From assembly GCA_937921035.1 (NCBI GenBank), contig CALEUL010000025.1, positions 8,444-72,443 of the forward strand: a stretch of 64,000 nucleotides of DNA, read 5' to 3'. The notes below the pieces were generated by a model. The model saw only the letters and a list, made by a program, of their open reading frames with translations, had not been told where the DNA came from and ran no database searches. Positions within the stretch are counted from its first letter, which is position 1. Each line of letters begins with the position of its first letter. The position numbers were made by a program, and so were the translations under genes. This stretch comes from an uncultured Porphyromonadaceae bacterium. GTDB taxonomy: Bacteria > Bacteroidota > Bacteroidia > Bacteroidales > Muribaculaceae. Below, piece after piece: positions 40,501 to 49,261 of the stretch.

Positions 40501-40947
40501 ATAAAAGCCCTCGACCGCAAGCAGATAGCCGAACTCGAAGCCAAGGGAAGCATCGCCATTGACGTTGACGGCGAAACAACGGCCGTAGACCTCGCGGACG
40601 TAAAAGTGATTTCCGAGGACATGGACGGCTGGCTCGTAGCCAACGACGGCGACCTCACCGTAGCCCTCGACATAGAAATAAGCCCGGCCCTTTTCCGCGA
40701 AGGCCTCGCCCGCGAGATAATCAATCGCGTGCAGAACATCCGCAAGAAGCGCGACTACGACATTACCGACCATATCAACATCCAGTTCCTCCCCTGTCCG
40801 GAGATAGAACCTGTGATTGCTGAATATGGTGAATATATTGCCACCCAGGTACTGGCCGACGGCATCGTTATCGACGGCAAGGACGGCGAAGTAGAGATTC
40901 TCGACATCGACGACCTGAAGCTCGGCATAATCATTACCCCGGCATAA
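37534..40947 (+). CDS. ileS: Isoleucine-tRNA ligase (type 2)
   Basis: PPSANGMPGIHH, WTTTPWTLPSN, KMSKRKGN. Confidence 0.98.
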   Translation: MKKFNEYSGLNLSDLNKEILAKWNSDNLFRRSVALREGAPSFVFYEGPPSANGMPGIHHVMARTIKDLFCRYKTMQGFQVQRKAGWDTHGLPVELGVEKSLGITKEDIGKKITVDEYNAACRREVMKYTKEWETLTNMMGYWVDTTDPYITYDNRYIETVWWLLAQLYSKDLLYKGYTIQPYSPAAGTGLSSHELNQPGCYRDVKDTTCIAQFTITDPIEAMKGWGTPVMLAWTTTPWTLPSNTALAVGPAIKYCIVRTYNPYSGKPMTAVAAEALMPTLFNPKGSEIALEDYKQGDKIVPYRVVATVTGNDLVGMHYMQLLPWVNPGEGAFRVIPGDYVTTEDGTGIVHIAGTFGADDLRVSKQAGIPPLHLIDRDGKIRPMVDLSGRFYRIEDLDPEFVKNMVDTEEYSKWAGRYVKNAYDPEATDTTETLDVAICMDLKASGKAFRIEKHVHNYPHCWRTDKPVLYYPLDSWFIRSSAARQRMMELNDTIQWKPASTGSGRFGKWLENLQDWNLSRSRFWGTPLPIWRTENGAEEICIDSVQTLWDEIEKSVAAGIMKSNPFKDKGFVPGDYSKENYAKIDLHRPYVDDIVLVSATGKPMTRETDLIDVWFDSGSMPYAQLHYPFENKEAVDSGRMFPADFIAEGVDQTRGWFYTLHAIGTMAFDSRAFKAVISNGLVLDKNGEKMSKRKGNAVDPFETIEKYGSDPLRWYMISCSSPWDNLKYDSEGVEEVARKFFSTLSNTYNFFAMYANVDGFSGEEQQVPVSKRPEIDRWILSLLNSLVATVTAEFDDYEPTRGVRAISAFVLDNLSNWYVRLNRKRFWSRGLDQDKLAAYQTLYTCLLTVAKLMAPVSPFFSDRLYRDLTHCSSGNSVHLADFPKADNPLIDKALEQRMDIAQRLTSLVLSLRKKANIKVRQPLAKMLVPSSSDELSAIVKAVTPIVAAEVNVKAIEIVNADNEVFVKRVVPDFKKLGPKFGKKMKAAAEIIKALDRKQIAELEAKGSIAIDVDGETTAVDLADVKVISEDMDGWLVANDGDLTVALDIEISPALFREGLAREIINRVQNIRKKRDYDITDHINIQFLPCPEIEPVIAEYGEYIATQVLADGIVIDGKDGEVEILDIDDLKLGIIITPA

Positions 40948-40999
40948 ATTTATGAAACATAGCGCCGCCGGCCTTGAGCCGGCGGCATATCACCACACC

Positions 41000-41380
41000 A
41001 TGAGCGAACAAGTTAGATATTCCGACGAAGAACTCGAGGAGTTCCGCCAACTCATACTCTCCAAACTCGAAAGCGCCACCGCGCTCTACGAAGAGTTGTG
41101 CGCTTCGTTGCGCAACAACGAAGGGAACGACACCGCCGACACTTCGCCCACATTCAAGGCGCTGGAAGAAGGCGCCAATGTGTTCGAGCGGGAAGCCAAC
41201 GCCCGTCTGGCCGACCGTCAGCGCAAATTCATAGAACACCTCCGCGCCGCACTCGTACGCATCGATAACAAGACATACGGCATCTGCCGCGCAACCGGCA
41301 AACTCATACCCAAGGAACGCCTGCGCGCCGTGCCTCACGCCACCCTCTGTGTAGAGGAGAAAAACAATCCGAATCATTGA
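41000..41380 (+). CDS. TraR/DksA family regulator
   Basis: RYSDEELEEF, YGICRATGKLIPKERLRAVPHATL. Confidence 0.9.
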   Translation: MSEQVRYSDEELEEFRQLILSKLESATALYEELCASLRNNEGNDTADTSPTFKALEEGANVFEREANARLADRQRKFIEHLRAALVRIDNKTYGICRATGKLIPKERLRAVPHATLCVEEKNNPNH

Positions 41381-41415
41381 GCACACCTGTTCACGACACT
41401 GCGCGCTCCCGCCGG

Positions 41416-42048
41416 ATGACACTCGTCGCCTGGCTGGTGATCGGCGCGATAATTATTATCGACCAGATTGTAAAAATCTGGATCAAGACACACTTCTACC
41501 TCAACGAGGACTACGAGATATTCCCGTGGTTCCACATTCACTTTATCCAGAACAACGGCATGGCCTTCGGCATGGAGCTGTTCAGCAAATATGCGCTGAC
41601 GTTCTTCCGAATGGGCCTGTTCGGTTTCCTGATATGGTACATCTGCCGCCTGTGCAAAACGGCGAAGGTACCGTACGGCTACCTTGTGAGCGTGGCGCTT
41701 ATCGCCGCCGGCGCATTCGGCAACATTGTGGACTGCGTCATATACGGCGAGATATTCACCAATCCGTATCCTCCCGAAGTTGCATCCGTGGTACCCTGGG
41801 GCGAGGGCTATGGCACCATATTCCAGGGACTTGTTGTTGACATGTTCTATTTCCCGCTGTTCTCGTTCTACTGGCCCGACTGGCTACCTATCGTAGGCGG
41901 ACGCCTGTTTTCGTTCTTCGACCCGGTGTTCAATGTGGCCGACGCCGCAATAAGCGTGGGAATGCTGATCCTGCTAATTTTCTACTTCAACCGCCTGGAA
42001 ACGACACTCGACCCCGATGAAAAGCCTGCGGATAAGCGCGATAATTAG
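41416..42048 (+). CDS. lspA: Lipoprotein signal peptidase II
   Basis: DQIVK, NNGMAFG, GAFGNIVD, VVDM, FNVADAAI. Start may be 41377. Confidence 0.95.
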   Translation: MTLVAWLVIGAIIIIDQIVKIWIKTHFYLNEDYEIFPWFHIHFIQNNGMAFGMELFSKYALTFFRMGLFGFLIWYICRLCKTAKVPYGYLVSVALIAAGAFGNIVDCVIYGEIFTNPYPPEVASVVPWGEGYGTIFQGLVVDMFYFPLFSFYWPDWLPIVGGRLFSFFDPVFNVADAAISVGMLILLIFYFNRLETTLDPDEKPADKRDN

Positions 42049-42856
42049 TTTGGCCGCCCTTGTTACCTCGTGCGCGAAAGTGCCCTCCGAGGTTATCCAG
42101 CCCCACGATATGGCGCGGCTGATGGCCGACGTGCACATTGCCGAGTCGGTTATCGACATGACACCGCGCATGTCCAACTCCGATTCCATAAAGCAGGCCA
42201 TAAAACAGTCGGTTTACGAACGCCACGGCGTAACCACCCCGCAGGTGGATTCGTCGCTGGCCTGGTACGGACGCAACATAAAGTACTACATGGATGTGTA
42301 CGACGAGACCATCGAGATTCTCGAGCAACGCCTCACGGAATCCGGCAACAGGATTGCCGCGGCAAACGCACTCTCGATAGCAGGCGACTCGGTGGACGTG
42401 TGGCCAAGCGCACGCCACATCACGTTCAACGACATAATGCCGTCCAAGATGATAACGTTCAGTTTCGACAGCGACAAGAACTGGGAGCGCGGCGACAACT
42501 ACACCTGGCGCGCGAAGTTCTTCAACTCGCCCGACGATTCGCAATGGGTGCTCGCAGCCGAATATTCCGACGGCTCGGTTGAATACATATCATCGAAAGT
42601 CGGCGGCGACGGATGGAAAGAAATCAAGCTTCAGACCGACTCGACCCTCACCCCCGTGCGTATTTTCGGCTATTTCAACGCCTCCAACCGCCGCGGCACA
42701 TCGCTGAGGATGGACAGTCTCGAAATGGTGCGCAAGCGCGTCAATCCGGAAGACTACCACCGCCCGTACAGCGTATTCCGCCGCAAGTTCTATCCGGAAA
42801 ATAAAAAGCTGCAGGCCGACACCACGGCAACCGACACAGTTGCAACCGCACAGTGA
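42017..42856 (+). CDS. DUF4296-type lipoprotein
   Basis: LVTSC lipobox; MARLMADVHIAES..DSSLAWY. Confidence 0.8.
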   Translation: MKSLRISAIISLAALVTSCAKVPSEVIQPHDMARLMADVHIAESVIDMTPRMSNSDSIKQAIKQSVYERHGVTTPQVDSSLAWYGRNIKYYMDVYDETIEILEQRLTESGNRIAAANALSIAGDSVDVWPSARHITFNDIMPSKMITFSFDSDKNWERGDNYTWRAKFFNSPDDSQWVLAAEYSDGSVEYISSKVGGDGWKEIKLQTDSTLTPVRIFGYFNASNRRGTSLRMDSLEMVRKRVNPEDYHRPYSVFRRKFYPENKKLQADTTATDTVATAQ

Positions 42857-43044
42857 TGGAAAGATATCTGGCTCACAAGATAATTTACCGCGGACAAACC
42901 TACCGGATGTCCGTGGTAACTTTATTTGAAAAGCCTGACGGCACCACGGAAGTAGTGATAGAACCGTTCCGCGGCGAAATTCATTCCACATCCTTCCACA
43001 GCGGCACAATAACAGTGAGCGGTAACAAGCTGATTTTTTCATGA
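42856..43044 (+). CDS. Small hypothetical beta-rich protein
   Basis: Coupled at both ends (TGATG and ATGA overlaps). Confidence 0.7.
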   Translation: MERYLAHKIIYRGQTYRMSVVTLFEKPDGTTEVVIEPFRGEIHSTSFHSGTITVSGNKLIFS

Positions 43045-43055
43045 GCGTTGAAGAT

Positions 43056-44774
43056 ATGAAAAAAGCTGCCGAAATACTCTGCTTCCTAATTATCACGCTC
43101 CTTTGCGCCTGCTCTGAAACGCCGCACGACGCCCGCCTGACCGAAGTCGCCGCACTTGCAAACGACGAGCCACATAAGGCTCTGGCGCTCCTGGACAGCA
43201 TCGACGCCGACAGCCTTTCCGAAGCGGACCGGCACTATTTCGACTTCCTCACCGTCAAGGCATCCGACAAAGCCTATATCGTTCACACATCCGACAGCCT
43301 GATACTCGATGTAATCGACTACTACCGCGGAAAAGACCTCTACCCCGAAGCGCTCTACTATGGGGGCCGCGTTTACAGCGACCTCGGCGACAAGCCAACT
43401 GCACTGGAATATTTCCACCGCTCGCTCGATCTGCTGCCTTCCGATAAAGACCCGGAACTGAAAAGACGTGTGCTCAGCCAGACCGGGCGCCTGCTCCATT
43501 CCCTGTGCCTTTACGGCGAAGCCGTCTCTTTTATTGAAGCAGCGATAGAAATCAACCGTGCCATCCGGGACACTACGCTCTTAGTATTCGACTTGGAACT
43601 TTTAGGGGTAACGTTTTTAAGAGCCGAGCAATACGAGCGCGCCGACAGCGCACTGGTTGAAAGCCTGAAACTTAACGAAAGCCAAAACATACCATACTAT
43701 ATTGCGGAAGCGAATATGGAAAGGGCTGCTGCCAAATTTTATTCGAATCAGATAGACTCGGCATTGATTCTTATCCGGAATACGCCGGACCTCGTCGATC
43801 CCATGATCAGGAACAGTGCCTTAGGCTATGCGTCCACTATCTATCTGGGTGGCGGCATTCTTGATACGGCATACATGTATTCGCACGAACTCGTATCCAA
43901 CCCGGATCCGATGCACAAAGAAATAGGATACCAGAATTTGCTTTCACCCGAACTCAGGAGTTTCATCCCTCGCGATTCTCTTGACGTATATATCAGCAAC
44001 TATCAGACTATTTTAGCCACGTATTACGATGAAAACGAAAACGAGGCGGCCCTTAACCAACAGAATCTGTACAACTACCGCTTGCATGAACTAAAAAAAG
44101 CGGAAGCCGAAAAAGCCAACAGAACACTGAAACTGTGGATTACTGTTTTTGCCGTTGTCATTGTGATAATGACCATCGCAATACTGCTCCTTAAGATTAA
44201 AAACAAGAACAACATCATCGAGCTGCAGGCATCGCTCGAAAATATCAACAAACTGAAGCACGAACTTGCCGGATATAACGGCAACCCCAAGGAATCCGCC
44301 GGAACAAAGACGACCGACGAAGCCTTGCCTGTGCCCGTCGTGCACAAGCGCACCGAAAGTGAATTAAGGGAACAGCTCAAAAACGAACTTCTGGCGCTGT
44401 CCGAAACCGGCGAAGAAACCCAGGCCGTTCCACAACCGATATTGTGTTCCGCCATTTATAAGACGCTGAAAAATTTGATAAGGGACAACCGGCCCATTGT
44501 GGACGAGCGCCTGTGGGAAGAACTTGAACAAACCGTGCTGCAAAGCTCGCCGCGCTTTCTGGCCAATCTGAGCCTCCTGACATCCGGCAGGCTTACATCG
44601 CTCGACATCCATACGGCGCTGATTGTGAAATGCGGATTCAAGCCTTCCGAAATGACTGTTCTGTTCGGAAGAAGCAACGGAGCAATAATCTCCCGAAGAG
44701 AAACGCTCGGTTTCAAGGTACTCGACAGGAAAATCAGCGTAAAAACCATCGACCGCATAATCCGCTTATTATAA
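43056..44774 (+). CDS. TPR lipoprotein sensor with TM helix and C-terminal LuxR-like HTH
   Basis: LLCAC lipobox; EALYYGGRVYSDLG TPR; TM LWITVFAVVIVIMTIAILLL; C-terminal GFKPSEMTVLFGRSNGAIISRR. Start may be 43041. Confidence 0.85.
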   Translation: MKKAAEILCFLIITLLCACSETPHDARLTEVAALANDEPHKALALLDSIDADSLSEADRHYFDFLTVKASDKAYIVHTSDSLILDVIDYYRGKDLYPEALYYGGRVYSDLGDKPTALEYFHRSLDLLPSDKDPELKRRVLSQTGRLLHSLCLYGEAVSFIEAAIEINRAIRDTTLLVFDLELLGVTFLRAEQYERADSALVESLKLNESQNIPYYIAEANMERAAAKFYSNQIDSALILIRNTPDLVDPMIRNSALGYASTIYLGGGILDTAYMYSHELVSNPDPMHKEIGYQNLLSPELRSFIPRDSLDVYISNYQTILATYYDENENEAALNQQNLYNYRLHELKKAEAEKANRTLKLWITVFAVVIVIMTIAILLLKIKNKNNIIELQASLENINKLKHELAGYNGNPKESAGTKTTDEALPVPVVHKRTESELREQLKNELLALSETGEETQAVPQPILCSAIYKTLKNLIRDNRPIVDERLWEELEQTVLQSSPRFLANLSLLTSGRLTSLDIHTALIVKCGFKPSEMTVLFGRSNGAIISRRETLGFKVLDRKISVKTIDRIIRLL

Positions 44775-44797
44775 ACGCACTGCGCAGCCGTCAGCGA

Positions 44798-44857
44798 TTT
44801 CCGTTATTTTTCCGTTATCGCTTTTAAGGCCTTGATTCACGTTTTTTCATAATTTCG
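44798..44857 (+). promoter_or_regulatory. Tandem TTTCCGTTAT repeats upstream of a TAATTTCG -7 element
   Basis: Repeats at 44798-44807 and 44809-44818; -7-like motif at 44850-44857. Confidence 0.55.
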
Positions 44858-44883
44858 ACGATACAATAATATCACGTTAAATT

Positions 44884-45252
44884 ATGAAAAAACTATTATC
44901 ATCAATCATCATCTTATTGGCATTGTGCATTACCTGCCCGCAGGTATATTCAGGCAGCACGACAACACAAACCGTGCAATTAAGTAAGAAACCCAAACAG
45001 GTCATCCACCATAGAGGCTCCAGAATACCCGCCGGGATTGTTGTCTGTACGATCAGTACAGAAGGGATACAAATGGGCGTTGAGCCGGACGAAATTATGT
45101 CATACGAGATTTGGGATACAGACGGAGAAATCTGCATAGCATCATATACAGACGAAGCCGATTTTATAAACGCATTATTCTCTATGGAAGGAGAATGCCA
45201 AATCCATTTTTCCACCGAGGAATATTCATATATAGGATATGTAACAATATAA
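44884..45252 (+). CDS. Small secreted protein (DUF3244-like)
   Basis: Signal peptide; HHRGSRIP linker; beta-rich domain ending YSYIGYVTI. Confidence 0.75.
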   Translation: MKKLLSSIIILLALCITCPQVYSGSTTTQTVQLSKKPKQVIHHRGSRIPAGIVVCTISTEGIQMGVEPDEIMSYEIWDTDGEICIASYTDEADFINALFSMEGECQIHFSTEEYSYIGYVTI

Positions 45253-45274
45253 ATACCTAATAATCAAAAAAAAC

Positions 45275-47110
45275 ATGAAAACTTTATTAACACATTTATT
45301 ACCATTATTGACTTTGGCTTTGTGCCTCACAGCATGCTCCGAAGATGAAATTAAAGTCAACAACCTGCCGCATGCCGGCGGCTCAAGAAGTCTCATTGCC
45401 GATGGATTCGAAGTATCTACAAGCAACCCGACACTTTTAAACAATTGGGAAAATATAAATACAATCTATATTCCCAACAAGAACAACATATTACAACATA
45501 TAACAGCACCTTGGTCTGCCAATGGGCCTATAACCACCTTAGATGAGCACTTCCGTAAAGATATAAAAAAGGAAGATGGCTGGACTATGCTGTTTCATAC
45601 ATTTAAAGATGCAATGTCAGACCAAGGTCAGTCTTATATGGTATTCTACAACCTTTTTACAGGAGTTTTGAAAGTTTTTTATTATAGCGATGCCATTGAT
45701 GGAACAAACACTCAATGGTTTTTAAAATCCGATAAAGATAAAAACGGTAACACTCCTAAGCACAAGATGTTTTATGTTCCGACTTATCTTAGCAAAGGAG
45801 ATAATGATTCTATAAACAAATATAAAAATACCGGTTTGATGACATCCAATCAGATCAATAACAAGAATACTGGATTAGCATACGGATGGAATGGTTTCGA
45901 GTATAAAGTTGCTCAGTACTGTTATAACGATAGCCTCGATCATGATTTTTTGATTTCAGCTCAAAACAACACTATATTTAATGGTCAGTTTGATGGTTAC
46001 ATGAGTGGAAACATAAGTGGCAAAATAAAATCAGTAACCATACCTGAAACAAAAGGGAATAATAAGGCGTCGGATTTGAGAAATTTCATAGCAAACATGG
46101 GAGGCAATGCTGCAGAAGGTTATATTAAAGATCTTTTAGAGAATTCTAAAAGCGACTCCAACAGTAGAGGAGCTATAGGCGGCGGGATATTGCTCGGAAC
46201 TCTCAAAACGCTTGCAGGCCAAGTTGCCAACAAGGGAATAAGTGCATTGCTGAAAAAAGGATTGGGAGCTTTGTTCGGTCAAACCTCAACAGTAACAGTA
46301 TATAACACCGAGTCCGATGTTAACATGACAGCTAACGATACTATTACTTTAAAAGGTGCTCTCGGTTCAACATCTGCTTCACAAGTAAAACCCATTGCCT
46401 TTAACCTCGGAGCTATACTGGACGGTAAGCCGAACGCTTCGCCCGCCAACAACTTAGTGTACAAATCACAGTCTGCATCGACAGGTGCAAAACTTTCGGA
46501 TTTAGGAGTATGGTGTGTCAAAAACACACCCGTCGTACATTTCGATTTACTCAAGCCCTTCTATGCCTCAGAAACCAACCTCGAAAATCCGTCTGACGCA
46601 TTAGAAGTAAAAGGCAGCGGTATTTTTCCCACAGTACATTATGACGAGATTGATATAGAGTTTAATCCCGCAATCCGCCAATATATAACATCCTACACTG
46701 TAGACAAAAAATATTTCTTTGCAAAAATAGCAGGGCGCAGTTACCCGGAACAATACTTCTGTGCCCATCCCAACTTACAAAAAGACAAGATTTACATCGG
46801 TAAAGACAGAGTATTGTTTGATGAACCAGAATGGGGTTATATGGATAGATTCTCTGTCCTTGCCGACATGAGTGCAAGTGAGGCTAATTCTGGAACTCAG
46901 TATTATTTCAAATGGAATCTGCCTACAAACAGCGAAATGTTAGTACTTGTAACTGTCTCGATGGATATTAACTATATGGGCAAGCAACAGAATATTACGG
47001 AAAGTCGTATTTTTGAAGTAAAAGCATACGAGCAATTGTCAACAATACGGCATAATCCACCCTACACCATCATTCTCAATAATAATGGCGGCGGTTGGGC
47101 TTACCATTAA
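45275..47110 (+). CDS. Uncharacterised 611-aa surface lipoprotein
   Basis: LTAC-SEDE lipobox/export signal; AT-rich; central Gly/Ala/Leu amphipathic helices. Confidence 0.85.
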   Translation: MKTLLTHLLPLLTLALCLTACSEDEIKVNNLPHAGGSRSLIADGFEVSTSNPTLLNNWENINTIYIPNKNNILQHITAPWSANGPITTLDEHFRKDIKKEDGWTMLFHTFKDAMSDQGQSYMVFYNLFTGVLKVFYYSDAIDGTNTQWFLKSDKDKNGNTPKHKMFYVPTYLSKGDNDSINKYKNTGLMTSNQINNKNTGLAYGWNGFEYKVAQYCYNDSLDHDFLISAQNNTIFNGQFDGYMSGNISGKIKSVTIPETKGNNKASDLRNFIANMGGNAAEGYIKDLLENSKSDSNSRGAIGGGILLGTLKTLAGQVANKGISALLKKGLGALFGQTSTVTVYNTESDVNMTANDTITLKGALGSTSASQVKPIAFNLGAILDGKPNASPANNLVYKSQSASTGAKLSDLGVWCVKNTPVVHFDLLKPFYASETNLENPSDALEVKGSGIFPTVHYDEIDIEFNPAIRQYITSYTVDKKYFFAKIAGRSYPEQYFCAHPNLQKDKIYIGKDRVLFDEPEWGYMDRFSVLADMSASEANSGTQYYFKWNLPTNSEMLVLVTVSMDINYMGKQQNITESRIFEVKAYEQLSTIRHNPPYTIILNNNGGGWAYH

Positions 47111-47129
47111 TATGAATCAAAACAACAGA

Positions 47130-47369
47130 GCAACCGCATCAAAAGCCGGATGTGATGGAGGATGTTGCAGAACCTGACTATTCCAATAACTGTAGGGACG
47201 TGCCTATGGCACGTCAGCTGTAAAACGCTGATGCTCAGTGACCATCGCTGACGTGCCACAGGCACGTCCCTACATTGGGTGGCTTTCTACGGCAGTTCTG
47301 CTACGCCCTCTCAGATATCGGAATCTCAACACGTTGATTACAAATTAAAGCCTGTTTTGATGCGGCTGC
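47130..47369. repeat. Nested inverted-repeat element containing a GTAG REP doublet
   Basis: IR pairs at 47130-47144/47355-47369, 47158-47173/47295-47310 and 47191-47218/47247-47274. Confidence 0.85.
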
Positions 47370-47442
47370 ACTGATAAAAACAAAAAATTTGTTGTGATTA
47401 AAAATTATATTATATTTGCCGACGATAAAAACCTATAAAACT

Positions 47443-48495
47443 ATGAAACATCTACTGTTGACTGTTGCTTTTTTATCGGCCATTCTTTTCTCCTCCTGTA
47501 GCGCAGAAGATGAACCGAACAACTACGATTCATACTGGACTTACATTGATGAAAACGAGCAGGAAGGTTTAAACGCAATCTATAAAGCGCTTGGCCTCGA
47601 TAATGACCGCACTTACGATTACTGGGCAAAGAATTTAGCATCGCGCTTTTTTCGTAGTCCCTACGTATCATCCGATCTCTCTAAGTTTAGAGGATTGGCA
47701 TTCGGATATGATTCTACATCTAACAGATTAGTTGTAAAAGGAATGAGTTTATATGTCAGTTACGCACCGAATGGATTCTCTTTGCCCGACATTTTTGACA
47801 AGTTCAAACATTTAGAGTCTTTTGAATTAAAATATACGATAGGGGTACTCAAAGAAATTCCTCCGACATTGTGCGACGTTCCTTTGAAGGAACTACGCAT
47901 CCGTCCCTTAGAGTTAGAGTCGGAGATTTCTGGTATCAACGGTACTTTACCGAAAAACTTTGGAAAGCTTGCCGAGACTTTGGAAATTTTGGATATCAAG
48001 AATTCGCAATACGGAAATGAATTCCTTGATTTGGTTATTAAGGAATTTAAAAACCTTAAAGAATGTCATTTAGTATCCAACAATTTTACCGGAAAGGTCC
48101 CGGAAAATCTCGATAAATTTTCCGACAAACTGGAAAAGTGTGATTTGGGGCATAATCACTTTACCGGAAAAGTTCCTTATATGGAAAACTGGCAAACAGT
48201 TTATTATTGTTTCGACAATAATGAATTTACTGAATTTGACTGGACGTATATCGACAATTTCGAGGATTTCAAACGTTTTTGCAGCGAAAGAATATATCCT
48301 CCACGCTTTAGAGACAATAATATTTCCGGTAAGCTTCCCGACTACTTTAATCAGGATTTTTTTGACTATTATAGAGAGGATTTCGGGGTCGTAAATTCAT
48401 ATATAGCAACTTTCTTAAGAGGTAATCCTCTTTACGACGAATACAATAGAATCAGCCTAAAAGAATTCTGGGGCATTGATATAACACCGCAATAA
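47443..48495 (+). CDS. Leucine-rich-repeat lipoprotein
   Basis: FSSC lipobox; repeats GTLPKNFGKL, NNFTGKVP, NHFTGKVP, NNISGKLP. Confidence 0.85.
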   Translation: MKHLLLTVAFLSAILFSSCSAEDEPNNYDSYWTYIDENEQEGLNAIYKALGLDNDRTYDYWAKNLASRFFRSPYVSSDLSKFRGLAFGYDSTSNRLVVKGMSLYVSYAPNGFSLPDIFDKFKHLESFELKYTIGVLKEIPPTLCDVPLKELRIRPLELESEISGINGTLPKNFGKLAETLEILDIKNSQYGNEFLDLVIKEFKNLKECHLVSNNFTGKVPENLDKFSDKLEKCDLGHNHFTGKVPYMENWQTVYYCFDNNEFTEFDWTYIDNFEDFKRFCSERIYPPRFRDNNISGKLPDYFNQDFFDYYREDFGVVNSYIATFLRGNPLYDEYNRISLKEFWGIDITPQ

Positions 48496-48512
48496 TCTCC
48501 CAATAATAATCT

Positions 48513-48541
48513 AAAGGCTTCGCGAACAGCGGAGCCTTTTG
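48513..48541 (+). terminator. Terminator closing the AT-rich cassette
   Basis: AAAGGCTTCGC/GCGGAGCCTTT. Confidence 0.75.
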
Positions 48542-48629
48542 CATTTCCATGCAATTCTGTGGGGTTAAGACCGTTTTGCCGGGACGGAAGTTTTTCATAA
48601 TTTTGCATCGACACAGGCACCCGTGCAGA

Positions 48630-49139
48630 ATGAAAAAAATTGGAATACTAAGCGACACCCACGGCTGCTGGGACGACCGATTCGCCCGGCATCTGGAGGG
48701 CTGCGACGAAATATGGCACGCCGGCGATATAGGCGACTACGACATTGTGGAGCGACTGAAAGACGTCGCTCCCGTGGTACGCGCCGTGGCCGGCAACATA
48801 GACCACGGCATGGTGTGCCGCAAATGCTCCGCACTGGAGATTTTTCAGGTGGAAGGCGTACGCGTACTGCTGACGCACATCGGCGGCTACCCCGGCAAAT
48901 GGGCTAAAGGGATGAAACAGCTGCTGCGCAACAACGGCATAGGCCTGATGGTGGACGGCCACTCGCATATCCTGAAGGTGATGTACGACCCCGAGCTGCA
49001 ACTGCTCCACATAAATCCCGGAGCCGCGGGCACTTCGGGATGGCACAGAACACGCACGCTGGTGCGCCTGACCATCGACGGCACCGACATGCGCGACTGC
49101 GAGGTTATCGAGCTTGCCCCCGGCAACATCCGGTCCTGA
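48630..49139 (+). CDS. YfcE-like metallophosphoesterase
   Basis: SDTHG, HAGDIG, GNID, GHSH, NPGAAG. Confidence 0.92.
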   Translation: MKKIGILSDTHGCWDDRFARHLEGCDEIWHAGDIGDYDIVERLKDVAPVVRAVAGNIDHGMVCRKCSALEIFQVEGVRVLLTHIGGYPGKWAKGMKQLLRNNGIGLMVDGHSHILKVMYDPELQLLHINPGAAGTSGWHRTRTLVRLTIDGTDMRDCEVIELAPGNIRS

Positions 49140-49261
49140 GGCCGCCCGCGGTCCAGCTTACCTCCGAGCAAACGGGATATTATGATTTTGCATCGTGCCG
49201 TTGCTATTGTATTGTTTGCCAAATTTTCATATCTTTGCACAAACTAATCAGACATAGGCAC

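Noticed and set aside
41000..41380. DksA-like protein with an incomplete C4 zinc finger
   Set aside because: A usual variant in this phylum.
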